From Clostridia bacterium (GTDB taxonomy: Bacteria > Bacillota > Clostridia > UMGS1883), in NCBI GenBank assembly GCA_045615265.1, contig JAZLEL010000107.1:1-40866 (forward strand): a stretch of DNA of 40,866 nt, written 5' to 3'. The position numbers were made by a program, and so were the translations under genes. The first letter of the stretch is position 1. Every line of letters begins with the position of its first letter. The notes under the pieces were generated by a model. The model did not search any database and was not told the origin of the DNA. It saw only the letters and a program-made list of their open reading frames with translations. Shown here piece by piece: positions 9,122-17,498 of the stretch.

Positions 9122-10138
9122 TTAATTATCCCCATTTTCAATAGTATTGCGCATGCGCTTAATACTGCTACGAATAATTTCTATATACATTTCATCCTGC
9201 TTATCTTCGCTTAATTTTCTTACCAAGTTAACTGTAGACAAAAATCTTTCGTTCTCGTGTAAAGACTCATAATAATGGTTCAATTGTACTAAAGAATTTT
9301 TATAAACAAAAAGGGATGTTCCAGCTATAACTTCTACTATGGCTCCTCCTATAGCAGTTATAATTGAAACTTCATATTTTCCGCTCATAAAAAATGGCAA
9401 GACAACTGCCACTACTATAAGAACAAAACCTAACACGCACATCCATACAGCAAGACGAAAAGAATCTTTTGCTTGAGTTTTACTAAGTGTATAGTATGCT
9501 TTAATTTCAGCCATATTAACAAGCATCAATCTCAAAGCATCATTTTCATCTGTATTATCTTCTGCAACAGAACTCTTTTGATTATTATGTCTAAACGATT
9601 TATTAACTGGCATAACTGTGTTTTTTAACTTTGTAGAATAATTTAATAACTCATCATTATCTTGTTGCCTTTTTAAAACAGAGGTTATTAAAGCCATGCA
9701 ACTTGTGATCAAAATGCTTATTAACGGCAATAGCATTTCCTTAAACAAGCTATATGGAGAAAAAAATAATGAATATACAAAAATTAGCATCAATATGACT
9801 AATATCATCATCATTACAAGTGCCAAAATCTTAATTTTGTTAATATTAAAATTTTTAGGAACTTGCTTTTTTATCGTTTTAAACTCAACCATAAATTTTT
9901 CATAATCACTTATCGAAAGATAGAATTCTGCCTCATAACCATCTTCAGCATAAGTTTCAAAACTTATTACTCCTCTTTTTGATAGTTGGTTAAGATAATT
10001 TTCTAAACTTGATAAATTTATATCTCCAAAAAAATTTGAATAATTTGATTCAGTAAATATAAATTCCTTTTCTTTCTTAAAAATATTTATGATTTTTTGC
10101 ATGACACAAAATTTTTCCTTTGTTGTCAAGTCAAACAC
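9122..10138 (-). CDS. Membrane protein with a TRADD-N-associated 2TM-like C-terminal domain
   Basis: YYTLSKTQAKDSFRLAVWMCVLGFVLI...GGAIVEVIAGTSLFVYKNSLVQLNHYYESL resembles the TRADD-N-associated membrane domain. Two further TM helices lie upstream. Confidence 0.7.
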   Translation of the reverse strand: MFDLTTKEKFCVMQKIINIFKKEKEFIFTESNYSNFFGDINLSSLENYLNQLSKRGVISFETYAEDGYEAEFYLSISDYEKFMVEFKTIKKQVPKNFNINKIKILALVMMMILVILMLIFVYSLFFSPYSLFKEMLLPLISILITSCMALITSVLKRQQDNDELLNYSTKLKNTVMPVNKSFRHNNQKSSVAEDNTDENDALRLMLVNMAEIKAYYTLSKTQAKDSFRLAVWMCVLGFVLIVVAVVLPFFMSGKYEVSIITAIGGAIVEVIAGTSLFVYKNSLVQLNHYYESLHENERFLSTVNLVRKLSEDKQDEMYIEIIRSSIKRMRNTIENGDN

Positions 10139-10185
10139 ATATATTCCCCCTTAATCCGAATGTCCTTACACAATCCATTTATAAT

Positions 10186-10214
10186 ATTATACCATAATAT
10201 TACAAGATTCGCAA
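10186..10214 (-). promoter_or_regulatory. sigma-A promoter for the cargo genes downstream of the recombinase
   Basis: Minus strand TTGCGA-17 nt-TATAAT with extended TG. Confidence 0.65.
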
Positions 10215-10259
10215 TTGTTATTAAGAAAAAGGTCGGTAGCATATTGAACAAAATTCATT

Positions 10260-11861
10260 TTACTGATTTCTATATGAAACATAAACATCAAAATCTTCTA
10301 TGTTCATTAAGTCTTCTTTATTCCGTCGTAGTTTATTTAATCTGTTACCAATGATGTAGTATGCTATTTTTGTCACCCAAGATGCAAATCTGCATTTTCC
10401 GTGATACTTATGTAAAATTTCAAATGATCTTAACAAAGCATCCTGACATATATCATCATAATCTCTCATCATTTGCCAGTATGTATTAAAACCAGCTTTC
10501 CATAAATTATTTCTTATAAACTCTTTTATCTTCTTAAAGGATTCTTCATAAAGCAAATTAAGTGCAATTCTATCTCCATCCAATGCAGCTTGACTCATTT
10601 GATATTCTCGTATTTTATATAATTCATTTTCATTGTAGTCTTTAATTTCAACCGCTATTTCATTGCTGATTTCTATTCTATCAAGATATTGTTTAACTAC
10701 CTCTTCATCATATTTGTAAACCAGTAATTTATCAGCTATAGCCTTTTCAATTTCATCATTTGATACAGTAATTGAATTTTTGCAATTTCTATTTCCATGC
10801 TCAATCCTGCTTGCACATCTCCAAAAAAGTTCATTTCCTTTCTTCGTTTGACGTGTCCTTCGTCTATAACTAGCACCACATTCACTGCAAAATATTCTAC
10901 CGGATAGTAAATCATTTGAATATCTGTTTTTCTTCCTGACAGTCTTATTTTTAACAGTTGATACATTGCTTCTGTTCTCCTTCTCTTGCTGAACTCTGTT
11001 AAACATTGATTTTGTTATAATTGGTTCGTGATGGTTTGTAACCAGGTATTTTGCTTTCTGTCCTTTATTATTAACTTGTTTTCCATCAAGAAAATTTTCG
11101 ACATAAGTTTTCTGTCCTATTACTTCGCCGGTAAGCTTTTCATTTGATATCAGTTTTGAAATTGTTTCGCTACTCCACTTATCTTTTCCTGTTGGCGATT
11201 TAATCCCTGCATTTTCTAATTCTTTTGATATTCCTGATAAGCTATATCCGTTTAGGTACATCTCGAAAATCAATTTTACTATCGTAGCCTCAAATTCATT
11301 GATTATCAAATTTCCATTTTCGTCTTGAGAATATCCATAACAGATTCTATCATATATCTTCGATTTTCCTGTCTTAAATCCATATTCTATACCAAACTTT
11401 ATGTTGCCGCTTTTTGATTCACTTTCCGACTGAGCTACTGTTAGCATTATGGCAAAATCGCTATCACTTGAAGTGGATAATTTCATACCATTCATTTCAA
11501 TCCATACATCTACCCCAAGTGATTTTAAATATCTGAGATTAACGAGACCCTCATAAACATTTCTTCCAAATCTACTAATAGATTTTACAAGAATCAAATC
11601 AATCTCGCCAATCTTACATTTTTCTATCATCTCGTTAAAAGATTTTCTGTTTTCTACTCTTAATCCTGATTTAGTATCGCAATATACACCAACAAAGTCC
11701 CAGTCTGGATTTCTCCTGATCTCGGACTCGTAATTTTTTACCTGAGATTGAAGAGAGGTCGCCTGGTCATTAGTTTCTGTACTGACTCTACAATATGCAG
11801 CCACTCTCAATCTCTTATTCGATTTCTTTTCCTTTTGGGGTATTACAATTACTTCAGGCAT
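10260..11861 (-). CDS. Large serine recombinase with C-terminal sigma-70 region-2-like domain
   Basis: AAYCRVST (catalytic Ser), VKSISRFGRN, recombinase domain RICYGY...NEKLTG...HEPII, Zn ribbon CSECG...WRC...C, plus an extra ~115-aa tail. Confidence 0.92.
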   Translation of the reverse strand: MPEVIVIPQKEKKSNKRLRVAAYCRVSTETNDQATSLQSQVKNYESEIRRNPDWDFVGVYCDTKSGLRVENRKSFNEMIEKCKIGEIDLILVKSISRFGRNVYEGLVNLRYLKSLGVDVWIEMNGMKLSTSSDSDFAIMLTVAQSESESKSGNIKFGIEYGFKTGKSKIYDRICYGYSQDENGNLIINEFEATIVKLIFEMYLNGYSLSGISKELENAGIKSPTGKDKWSSETISKLISNEKLTGEVIGQKTYVENFLDGKQVNNKGQKAKYLVTNHHEPIITKSMFNRVQQEKENRSNVSTVKNKTVRKKNRYSNDLLSGRIFCSECGASYRRRTRQTKKGNELFWRCASRIEHGNRNCKNSITVSNDEIEKAIADKLLVYKYDEEVVKQYLDRIEISNEIAVEIKDYNENELYKIREYQMSQAALDGDRIALNLLYEESFKKIKEFIRNNLWKAGFNTYWQMMRDYDDICQDALLRSFEILHKYHGKCRFASWVTKIAYYIIGNRLNKLRRNKEDLMNIEDFDVYVSYRNQ

Positions 11862-11865
11862 AATC

Positions 11866-12468
11866 TTATAATCCGCTTACTATATTAAGCATGTCATGCG
11901 CCGTATTTATTCCCATGTTGTTTCCTCTGCTTCTTTCTACTTTAGCATTTTGAACAGCTTTGAATAATTCTAAGTTAATGATTGCAGGATGAGTATTAGT
12001 GGTCAAGTATCGATCTACTAGTCCTTTATTATCAACCTGTGTTCCATTAACGGTAACTGTTTTCCGCAAAAGAACTGAACCTACGTATTTTTCATTTGAT
12101 AACAATTTATCTATCGCCTCTCTGTTCCATCTGTCTTTACCTGATGGAGACTTTACTCCTCTCTCGAATAATTCGTTGGCAATTTTACCTAAACTGTATC
12201 CTGAAAGATAGCTTTCAAAGATCCACATTACAGTCAATGCTTCTTCAGGGTTAATAATTAATTCACCCTTATCATTTTGAGAATATCCATAGCATATTCT
12301 CTTTGCTAATTTCGATGTTCCGTTTTGAAATCTTTCTTTATTTGCGTTTTTTATTTCACTACTTCTTGTTTTCATTATATCACTCTCTTCCATATTAATT
12401 TCATTATTCAAATAGCCATTTTCGTAAGAATCTTTATTTTCAATTTTATAATTAATGTGTTTTTTCAT
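11866..12468 (-). CDS. Recombinase-domain-only protein (no catalytic resolvase domain)
   Basis: RICYGY...SPSGKDRW...LLSNEKYVG...HPAII is paralogous to the neighbour's recombinase domain. No YxRVS motif and no Zn ribbon. Confidence 0.85.
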   Translation of the reverse strand: MKKHINYKIENKDSYENGYLNNEINMEESDIMKTRSSEIKNANKERFQNGTSKLAKRICYGYSQNDKGELIINPEEALTVMWIFESYLSGYSLGKIANELFERGVKSPSGKDRWNREAIDKLLSNEKYVGSVLLRKTVTVNGTQVDNKGLVDRYLTTNTHPAIINLELFKAVQNAKVERSRGNNMGINTAHDMLNIVSGL

Positions 12469-12517
12469 TTCATTTAAACTCCTTTCGTTTATTATTACAT
12501 TAAATTTGTTTATGAAA

Positions 12518-12549
12518 AAAGTGCCGTAATCTGTGAATTACAGCACTTT
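12518..12549. terminator. Intrinsic terminator-like hairpin upstream of the recombinase genes
   Basis: aaagtgccgtaat / attacagcacttt inverted repeat with A and T runs on both sides. Confidence 0.65.
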
Positions 12550-12614
12550 CGTTTTTTTCTATATTAAGTTTTAATTTTCGTTAAATTTTCGAGCAGGTTT
12601 GTCAACTTATCAAT

Positions 12615-12641
12615 AGTTCGTGTCAAGTCGGGAACAAAAAA
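12615..12641. repeat. Half copy (block B only) of the cassette-boundary repeat
   Basis: agttcgtgtcaagtcgggaacaaaaaa. The 26-bp block A is absent from its expected position. Confidence 0.8.
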
Positions 12642-12668
12642 TACTTTGATATAATATAGTCGTCTATT

Positions 12669-13028
12669 TTACTTATATTCCCTGAATTGTACGGACACAT
12701 CATCGGGGTCATAAACGTAAAAATACTTTGCATCAGGCTCCGGATGACGAATGTCTGACGGATTCATGCCAAGCGAAACAGCCCGAGCGTGAACCTTCTC
12801 AAGATTATCTGTAGCAAAGCATAAAAACATACCTTTTCCCTCAAACAATTGACCCTCGGGCATGGCTATTAATTCTACTTGGGTATCGTTTTCAGAATCA
12901 TAAAGATAAGCAACATTTCCGCCGCCTGCAGAAAATTGCTTACCGATCTTAAGCTCTACAAGTTCGGTATAAAATTTTAAAGATTTCTCAAAATCTTTAA
13001 CTCTTAACGATATGTGATGAAATTTCAT
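12669..13028 (-). CDS. VOC / glyoxalase family protein
   Basis: FHHISLRVKDFEKSLKFY...YFYVYDPD. RBS GAAAGGA upstream of ATG 13028. Confidence 0.88.
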   Translation of the reverse strand: MKFHHISLRVKDFEKSLKFYTELVELKIGKQFSAGGGNVAYLYDSENDTQVELIAMPEGQLFEGKGMFLCFATDNLEKVHARAVSLGMNPSDIRHPEPDAKYFYVYDPDDVSVQFREYK

Positions 13029-13104
13029 GTTAATTTTCCTTTCTATAATACAAATAATAAATGCCATTACTTTTCATTTGCAAAACAACACAAGTTCCTC
13101 TGTG

Positions 13105-13167
13105 TCAAAGTTTTCGATATTCTTCATTCCCCATGGAAAGAAGGGTTCTTTGAATTGTGTGTTTTAT
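13105..13167 (-). pseudogene. 5' remnant of a possible DNA alkylation repair (AlkD-like) gene
   Basis: RBS GAGGTG, then ATA-KHTIQRTLLSMGNEEYRKL-stop, which resembles N-termini of clostridial alkylation repair proteins. Only 20 codons. Confidence 0.4.
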
Positions 13168-13204
13168 GTCAATCACCTCTATCAAAAACCATTTTTGCTA
13201 ATCT

Positions 13205-13233
13205 ATTATATAACATATTTCTAATAATTACAA
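13205..13233 (-). promoter_or_regulatory. sigma-A promoter reading into the accessory region
   Basis: Minus strand TTGTAA-17 nt-TATAAT. Confidence 0.55.
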
Positions 13234-13238
13234 GCAAA

Positions 13239-13275
13239 AAAGAGGGGGTAAAACCAACTGTTTTGCCCCCTCTTT
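13239..13275 (-). terminator. Rho-independent terminator of rnj-tgt
   Basis: aaagagggggtaaaac / gttttgccccctcttt stem followed by a U tract on the minus strand. Confidence 0.85.
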
Positions 13276-13277
13276 AA

Positions 13278-14408
13278 TCATACTCTGTTATTCATTTTTT
13301 CGAGTGCTTCTGCCTTAAATTCCGCAAACCGATTCTCCTCAATAGCTTTTCTTATCTGTGCCATAAGGTCATTATAGAAATGAAGATTATGAAGCACGCA
13401 AAGACGCATACCGAGCATTTCCTTTGCCTTTATGAGATGGCGTATATAGCTTCTCGAATAGTTTTTGCAGGCAGGACACTGACATCCCTCCTGAAGAGGT
13501 CTTTCATCTTTTTCAAACTTTTTGTTATTAAGGTTAAGAACGCCTATATCTGTAAAGAGATTTGCATGTCTTGCATTCCTGCTGGTAATTACGCAGTCGA
13601 AGAAATCAACGCCCCTTTCAACCGCTTCTAAAATATTCTGCGGTGTTCCTACACCCATAAGATATCTTGGCTTATCTTTGGGCATATGGGGTTCTACCGC
13701 ATCAATTATTCTGTACATTTCCTCTGCACTTTCGCCTACGGCAAGTCCGCCTATTGCATAGCCGTCAAGGTCAAGCTCGGCTATTTTTTTCATATGCTCA
13801 ATTCTTAAATCCTCATACGTTCCGCCCTGATTGATTCCGAAGAGCATTTGATTTTTATTGATAGTATCGGGGAGCGAGTTAAGACGCTTGATTTCATTCT
13901 TGCATCTTTCCAGCCAGCGGTAGGTCCTGTCGCAGGAATTTTTGACATATTCATAAGGAGCAGGGTTTTCAATACATTCGTCAAATGCCATTGCAATAGT
14001 AGATGCAAGATTTGACTGAATCTGCATACTTTCCTCAGGGCCCATAAAAATACGTTTTCCGTCTATATGGGACTGAAAATTAACGCCTTCCTCTGTTATT
14101 TTACGCAGTGACGCAAGGGAGAACACCTGAAATCCACCGCTATCGGTGAGAATCGGTCTGTCCCAGTTCATAAATTTGTGAAGTCCGCCCATATCACGGA
14201 TAAGCTCATCCCCAGGACGAACGTGAAGATGGTAGGTGTTTGAAAGCTCTACCTGACAACCGACATCCTTTAAATCAAGTGATGAAACTGCACCCTTGAT
14301 AGCAGCAGAAGTTCCGACATTCATAAAAACGGGAGTTTGTATTGTGCCGTGCACGGTTTTAAATGTACCCCTTCTTGCACGACCTTCTTGATTCAGTAAT
14401 GTAAACAT
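13278..14408 (-). CDS. tgt: tRNA-guanine(34) transglycosylase
   Basis: TPVFMNVGT, LTDSGGFQVFSL, PRYLMGVG and the CxCxxC...H zinc site. Confidence 0.97.
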   Translation of the reverse strand: MFTLLNQEGRARRGTFKTVHGTIQTPVFMNVGTSAAIKGAVSSLDLKDVGCQVELSNTYHLHVRPGDELIRDMGGLHKFMNWDRPILTDSGGFQVFSLASLRKITEEGVNFQSHIDGKRIFMGPEESMQIQSNLASTIAMAFDECIENPAPYEYVKNSCDRTYRWLERCKNEIKRLNSLPDTINKNQMLFGINQGGTYEDLRIEHMKKIAELDLDGYAIGGLAVGESAEEMYRIIDAVEPHMPKDKPRYLMGVGTPQNILEAVERGVDFFDCVITSRNARHANLFTDIGVLNLNNKKFEKDERPLQEGCQCPACKNYSRSYIRHLIKAKEMLGMRLCVLHNLHFYNDLMAQIRKAIEENRFAEFKAEALEKMNNRV

Positions 14409-14462
14409 AAATTTGTTATTCCTTTGTAATTTTTTACTTTTTTACGATGACTTTGTCATCCA

Positions 14463-16130
14463 TTACACGTCCATTATAACGGGGAGTATCATCGGCTTTC
14501 TGTGAGTCCCCTCATAGATATAGCTGCCAAGAGCATTTTTGACATTTCCCTTAATTGTATTCCAGTCGTGATGCTTGGAAATAAGTGTATCCTGAAGTGC
14601 AACTGTGGCAATTTTCTTAAGCTCATCCATAAGCCCCTCATTATCACGCATATATATAAAACCTCTTGTGATAACCTGCGGGTCGGCAGCCATTTTATGG
14701 GTTTTTCCATTGATTGCCATAACCACCATAATAATACCATCTTCTGCAAGGTGCTTTCTGTCACGGAGGACAATGCTTCCTACATCGCCTACACCGTATC
14801 CGTCAACAAGAAGTTCGCCCGCCTGAACATTGCCTGTTACTTTGGCACTGCCGCCTGAAAACTCCAGCACACTGCCATTTTCAAGCTTGAAGATATTTTT
14901 CTTATTAATTCCCATCTCCTCTGCCAGCATTGCATGGCGGCGAAGATGACGGCTTTCACCATGAACAGGAATAAAGTATTTGGGCTTTACAAGACCCATT
15001 ATAATTTTAAGCTCTTCACGGCAGGCGTGGCCTGATACGTGTACCTCAGTAAGTGCAGAGTGTACAACCTCCGCCCCTTTACGATAAAGCTCGTTAATAA
15101 CATTTGATACGGTTTTTTCATTGCCTGGAATCGGCGATGCAGAAATAATTACAAGGTCACCTTTTCCTATTTCCACTTTTTTATGGTCGGAAAACGCCAT
15201 TCTTGTAAGAGCACTCATAGGCTCGCCCTGACTTCCTGTTGTAATAATTACAAGCTGGTGGTCCTGATATTTCTTTACGTCCTCAATGGAAATCATCGTT
15301 CCTTCAGGGATTTTTAAATATCCCAGAGTTGATGCAACATCGATAATATTTACCATACTTCTGCCCGAAACTGCAACCTTTCTTCGGTTGCGGACAGCGG
15401 CGTTTATTACCTGCTGAACACGATCGACATTTGATGCAAATGTTGCTACAAATATTCTTGAGCGTGTGCCCTTAAACAGTGTTTCAAAGGTTTCTCCAAC
15501 AGTACGTTCACTCATGGTATATCCTGGGCGTTCCACGTTGGTAGAATCACTCATAAGAGCTAAAACTCCGCTCTTTCCCAGTTCGCCGAAGCGCGCAAGA
15601 TCAATCATACTTCCCTCTATGGGAGTACAGTCGATTTTAAAGTCCCCCGTATGCACAACAGTTCCCACAGGAGTTTTAATTGCCATACCCACTGCATCGC
15701 TGATACTGTGATTAACACGAATAAATTCCACACTGATATTTTTACTGATTTTTACGGTATCCCCTGCCGTTACCCTGTTAAGCTTTGCAACACTTAAAAT
15801 TCCGTGTTCCTTAAGCTTCTGCTCAATAAGGCCGCATGCAAGGCGAGTGCCGTAAACAGGGACATTTACACTACGCAAAAGATACGCAATACTGCCGATG
15901 TGATCCTCGTGTCCGTGGGTAATTACAACACCCTTAACCTTGTCCTTGTTATTTACAAGATATGTCATATCGGGGATTACGCAGTCTACGCCGAACATTC
16001 CTTCCTCGGGGAAAGCCATACCGCAATCGAGTACCAGAATTTCGCCACCTATTTCAAAAGCAGTAATATTCTTGCCGATTTCATTCAATCCGCCAAGAGG
16101 AATAATCTTCAATTTTAATTTCTTTGCCAT
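14463..16130 (-). CDS. rnj: Ribonuclease J
   Basis: PLGGLNEIGKN, THGHEDHIG, TGSQGEP, HVSGH, PVHGE. Confidence 0.96.
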   Translation of the reverse strand: MAKKLKLKIIPLGGLNEIGKNITAFEIGGEILVLDCGMAFPEEGMFGVDCVIPDMTYLVNNKDKVKGVVITHGHEDHIGSIAYLLRSVNVPVYGTRLACGLIEQKLKEHGILSVAKLNRVTAGDTVKISKNISVEFIRVNHSISDAVGMAIKTPVGTVVHTGDFKIDCTPIEGSMIDLARFGELGKSGVLALMSDSTNVERPGYTMSERTVGETFETLFKGTRSRIFVATFASNVDRVQQVINAAVRNRRKVAVSGRSMVNIIDVASTLGYLKIPEGTMISIEDVKKYQDHQLVIITTGSQGEPMSALTRMAFSDHKKVEIGKGDLVIISASPIPGNEKTVSNVINELYRKGAEVVHSALTEVHVSGHACREELKIIMGLVKPKYFIPVHGESRHLRRHAMLAEEMGINKKNIFKLENGSVLEFSGGSAKVTGNVQAGELLVDGYGVGDVGSIVLRDRKHLAEDGIIMVVMAINGKTHKMAADPQVITRGFIYMRDNEGLMDELKKIATVALQDTLISKHHDWNTIKGNVKNALGSYIYEGTHRKPMILPVIMDV

Positions 16131-16270
16131 TATTTTCTCCTTTTCAAATCCGCGGCGTTCTTAAAGACACACCCTGCACATCTCCTATGTACATTTCTGT
16201 ATATCTTTTGCCGCTGTATTCAGTACTACTGAGGCTTTACTACTTTAATTATACACCTCTTCAAGTAGTA

Positions 16271-16298
16271 ATTATACCATAACAAGGTAAAAAGTCAA
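16271..16298 (-). promoter_or_regulatory. sigma-A promoter of rnj
   Basis: Minus strand TTGACT-16 nt-TATAAT with extended TG. Confidence 0.6.
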
Positions 16299-16402
16299 CA
16301 AATTTAACTTGCGATAATTAGTCCTATTTGTCAAATTTTCTCTTTACTAATTACCTTATTGTATGTTATAATAAACTGATTTGTTATGAGAGTTTCTAAT
16401 TT

Positions 16403-16515
16403 TTCATAATTATGCACAAAGTTTTTACACATTTGTCCGTTTTTATGGGCATTTTAATTTTTTTTAAAAATTTTTATGCAAAAAGCTTGCATAATTATTC
16501 AAAACGAGTTAGAAT
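16403..16515 (+). promoter_or_regulatory. argC promoter with ARG boxes (ArgR/AhrC sites)
   Basis: TTGCAT(16487)-17 nt-TAGAAT(16510). Boxes TTCATAATTATGCA (16403), AAAATTTTTATGCA (16467) and TGCATAATTATTCA (16488). The core is shared with the argG promoter. Confidence 0.75.
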
Positions 16516-16551
16516 GTATTTACCACAATTTTTGTTTGGAGAGATTTTACC

Positions 16552-17484
16552 ATGAAAAAGGTATTCATTGACGGCAGTTCCGGCACCACCGGACTGAGGA
16601 TTGTTGAAAGACTTTCCAGTAGAAAAGACATAGAACTTATAAAGCTTCCAGAAGAGCTTCGCAAGGATAACGATGCGAGAAAAGAAGCACTTAATTCTTG
16701 CGACATTGCTTTTCTGTGTCTTCCCGATGCGGCAGCTATTGAAGCGATTAATATGATAGAAAATGAAAACGTGGTTGTTCTTGACACCTCTACGGCACAC
16801 AGAACAAACGACGGCTGGGCGTACGGCTTCCCCGAACTTTCCAAAGAGCATTTTGAAAAGGTTGCTTCAGCAAAGAGAATTGCAGTACCCGGTTGTCACG
16901 CAAGCGGATTTATCGCCCTTGTATATCCCCTTATTGAAAAAGGTATTATTGATAAGGATACTCTTCTCACCTGCCACAGCATCACAGGTTATAGTGGCGG
17001 CGGCAAGAAAATGATTGCAGAGTATGAGGATGCAGAAAGAGCTGAACTTTTTGATGCACCCCGTCAGTATGCATTAGGTCAAACCCATAAGCATCTTCCT
17101 GAAATGTGCAAGGTGACAGGGCTTAAAAACGCCCCCATCTTCTGCCCTATCGTATCGGATTTTTACAGCGGAATGGCAGTAACAGTACCGATTTTCAAAA
17201 GCCAGCTTAACGATGGTTTTACCGTGGAAGATATCAGGAAAGTATATAAAGAAAAGTACACAGGCGAAATTGTTACTTATCTTGAAAGCATTGATGAAGG
17301 CGGACTTATAAGTGCAAACACACTTTCCTTTAAGGATTCAATGCAGATAACCGTTTCCGGTAATGATGAGAGAATTCTCCTCATCGCAAGATATGACAAT
17401 CTCGGCAAGGGTGCCTCCGGTGCGGCACTTGAATGTATGAACATCGCAATAGGAAATTCTCCCTTTGAGATGCTCGACATATGA
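16552..17484 (+). CDS. argC: N-acetyl-gamma-glutamyl-phosphate reductase (short type)
   Basis: VFIDGSSGTTG, STAHR, PGCHASG, TGYSGGGK, DNLGKGASG. Confidence 0.95.
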   Translation: MKKVFIDGSSGTTGLRIVERLSSRKDIELIKLPEELRKDNDARKEALNSCDIAFLCLPDAAAIEAINMIENENVVVLDTSTAHRTNDGWAYGFPELSKEHFEKVASAKRIAVPGCHASGFIALVYPLIEKGIIDKDTLLTCHSITGYSGGGKKMIAEYEDAERAELFDAPRQYALGQTHKHLPEMCKVTGLKNAPIFCPIVSDFYSGMAVTVPIFKSQLNDGFTVEDIRKVYKEKYTGEIVTYLESIDEGGLISANTLSFKDSMQITVSGNDERILLIARYDNLGKGASGAALECMNIAIGNSPFEMLDI

Positions 17485-17498
17485 AAGGAATGATATCT

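Larger units (their letters stand above)
5217..12641 (-). mobile_element. AT-rich serine-recombinase island with repeat-delimited cargo cassettes
   Basis: Two recombinase genes, three full repeats plus one half repeat, visibly lower GC than the arg/alaS region, and unrelated co-oriented cargo. True ends are uncertain and may extend to ~13110 and past the left window edge. Confidence 0.7.

Noticed and set aside
5217-12641. Classical integron (IntI/attC)
   Set aside because: No tyrosine integrase is present, and the repeats lack the paired RYYYAAC...GTTRRRY ends and long attC hairpin.
13278-13330. tgt 3' end as the integration site
   Set aside because: No duplicate of the tgt 3' end was seen elsewhere in the window, and its terminator is intact.
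14409-14462. preQ1 riboswitch upstream of tgt
   Set aside because: The spacer is only 54 nt with a small gatgac/gtcatc hairpin and no recognisable preQ1 aptamer.
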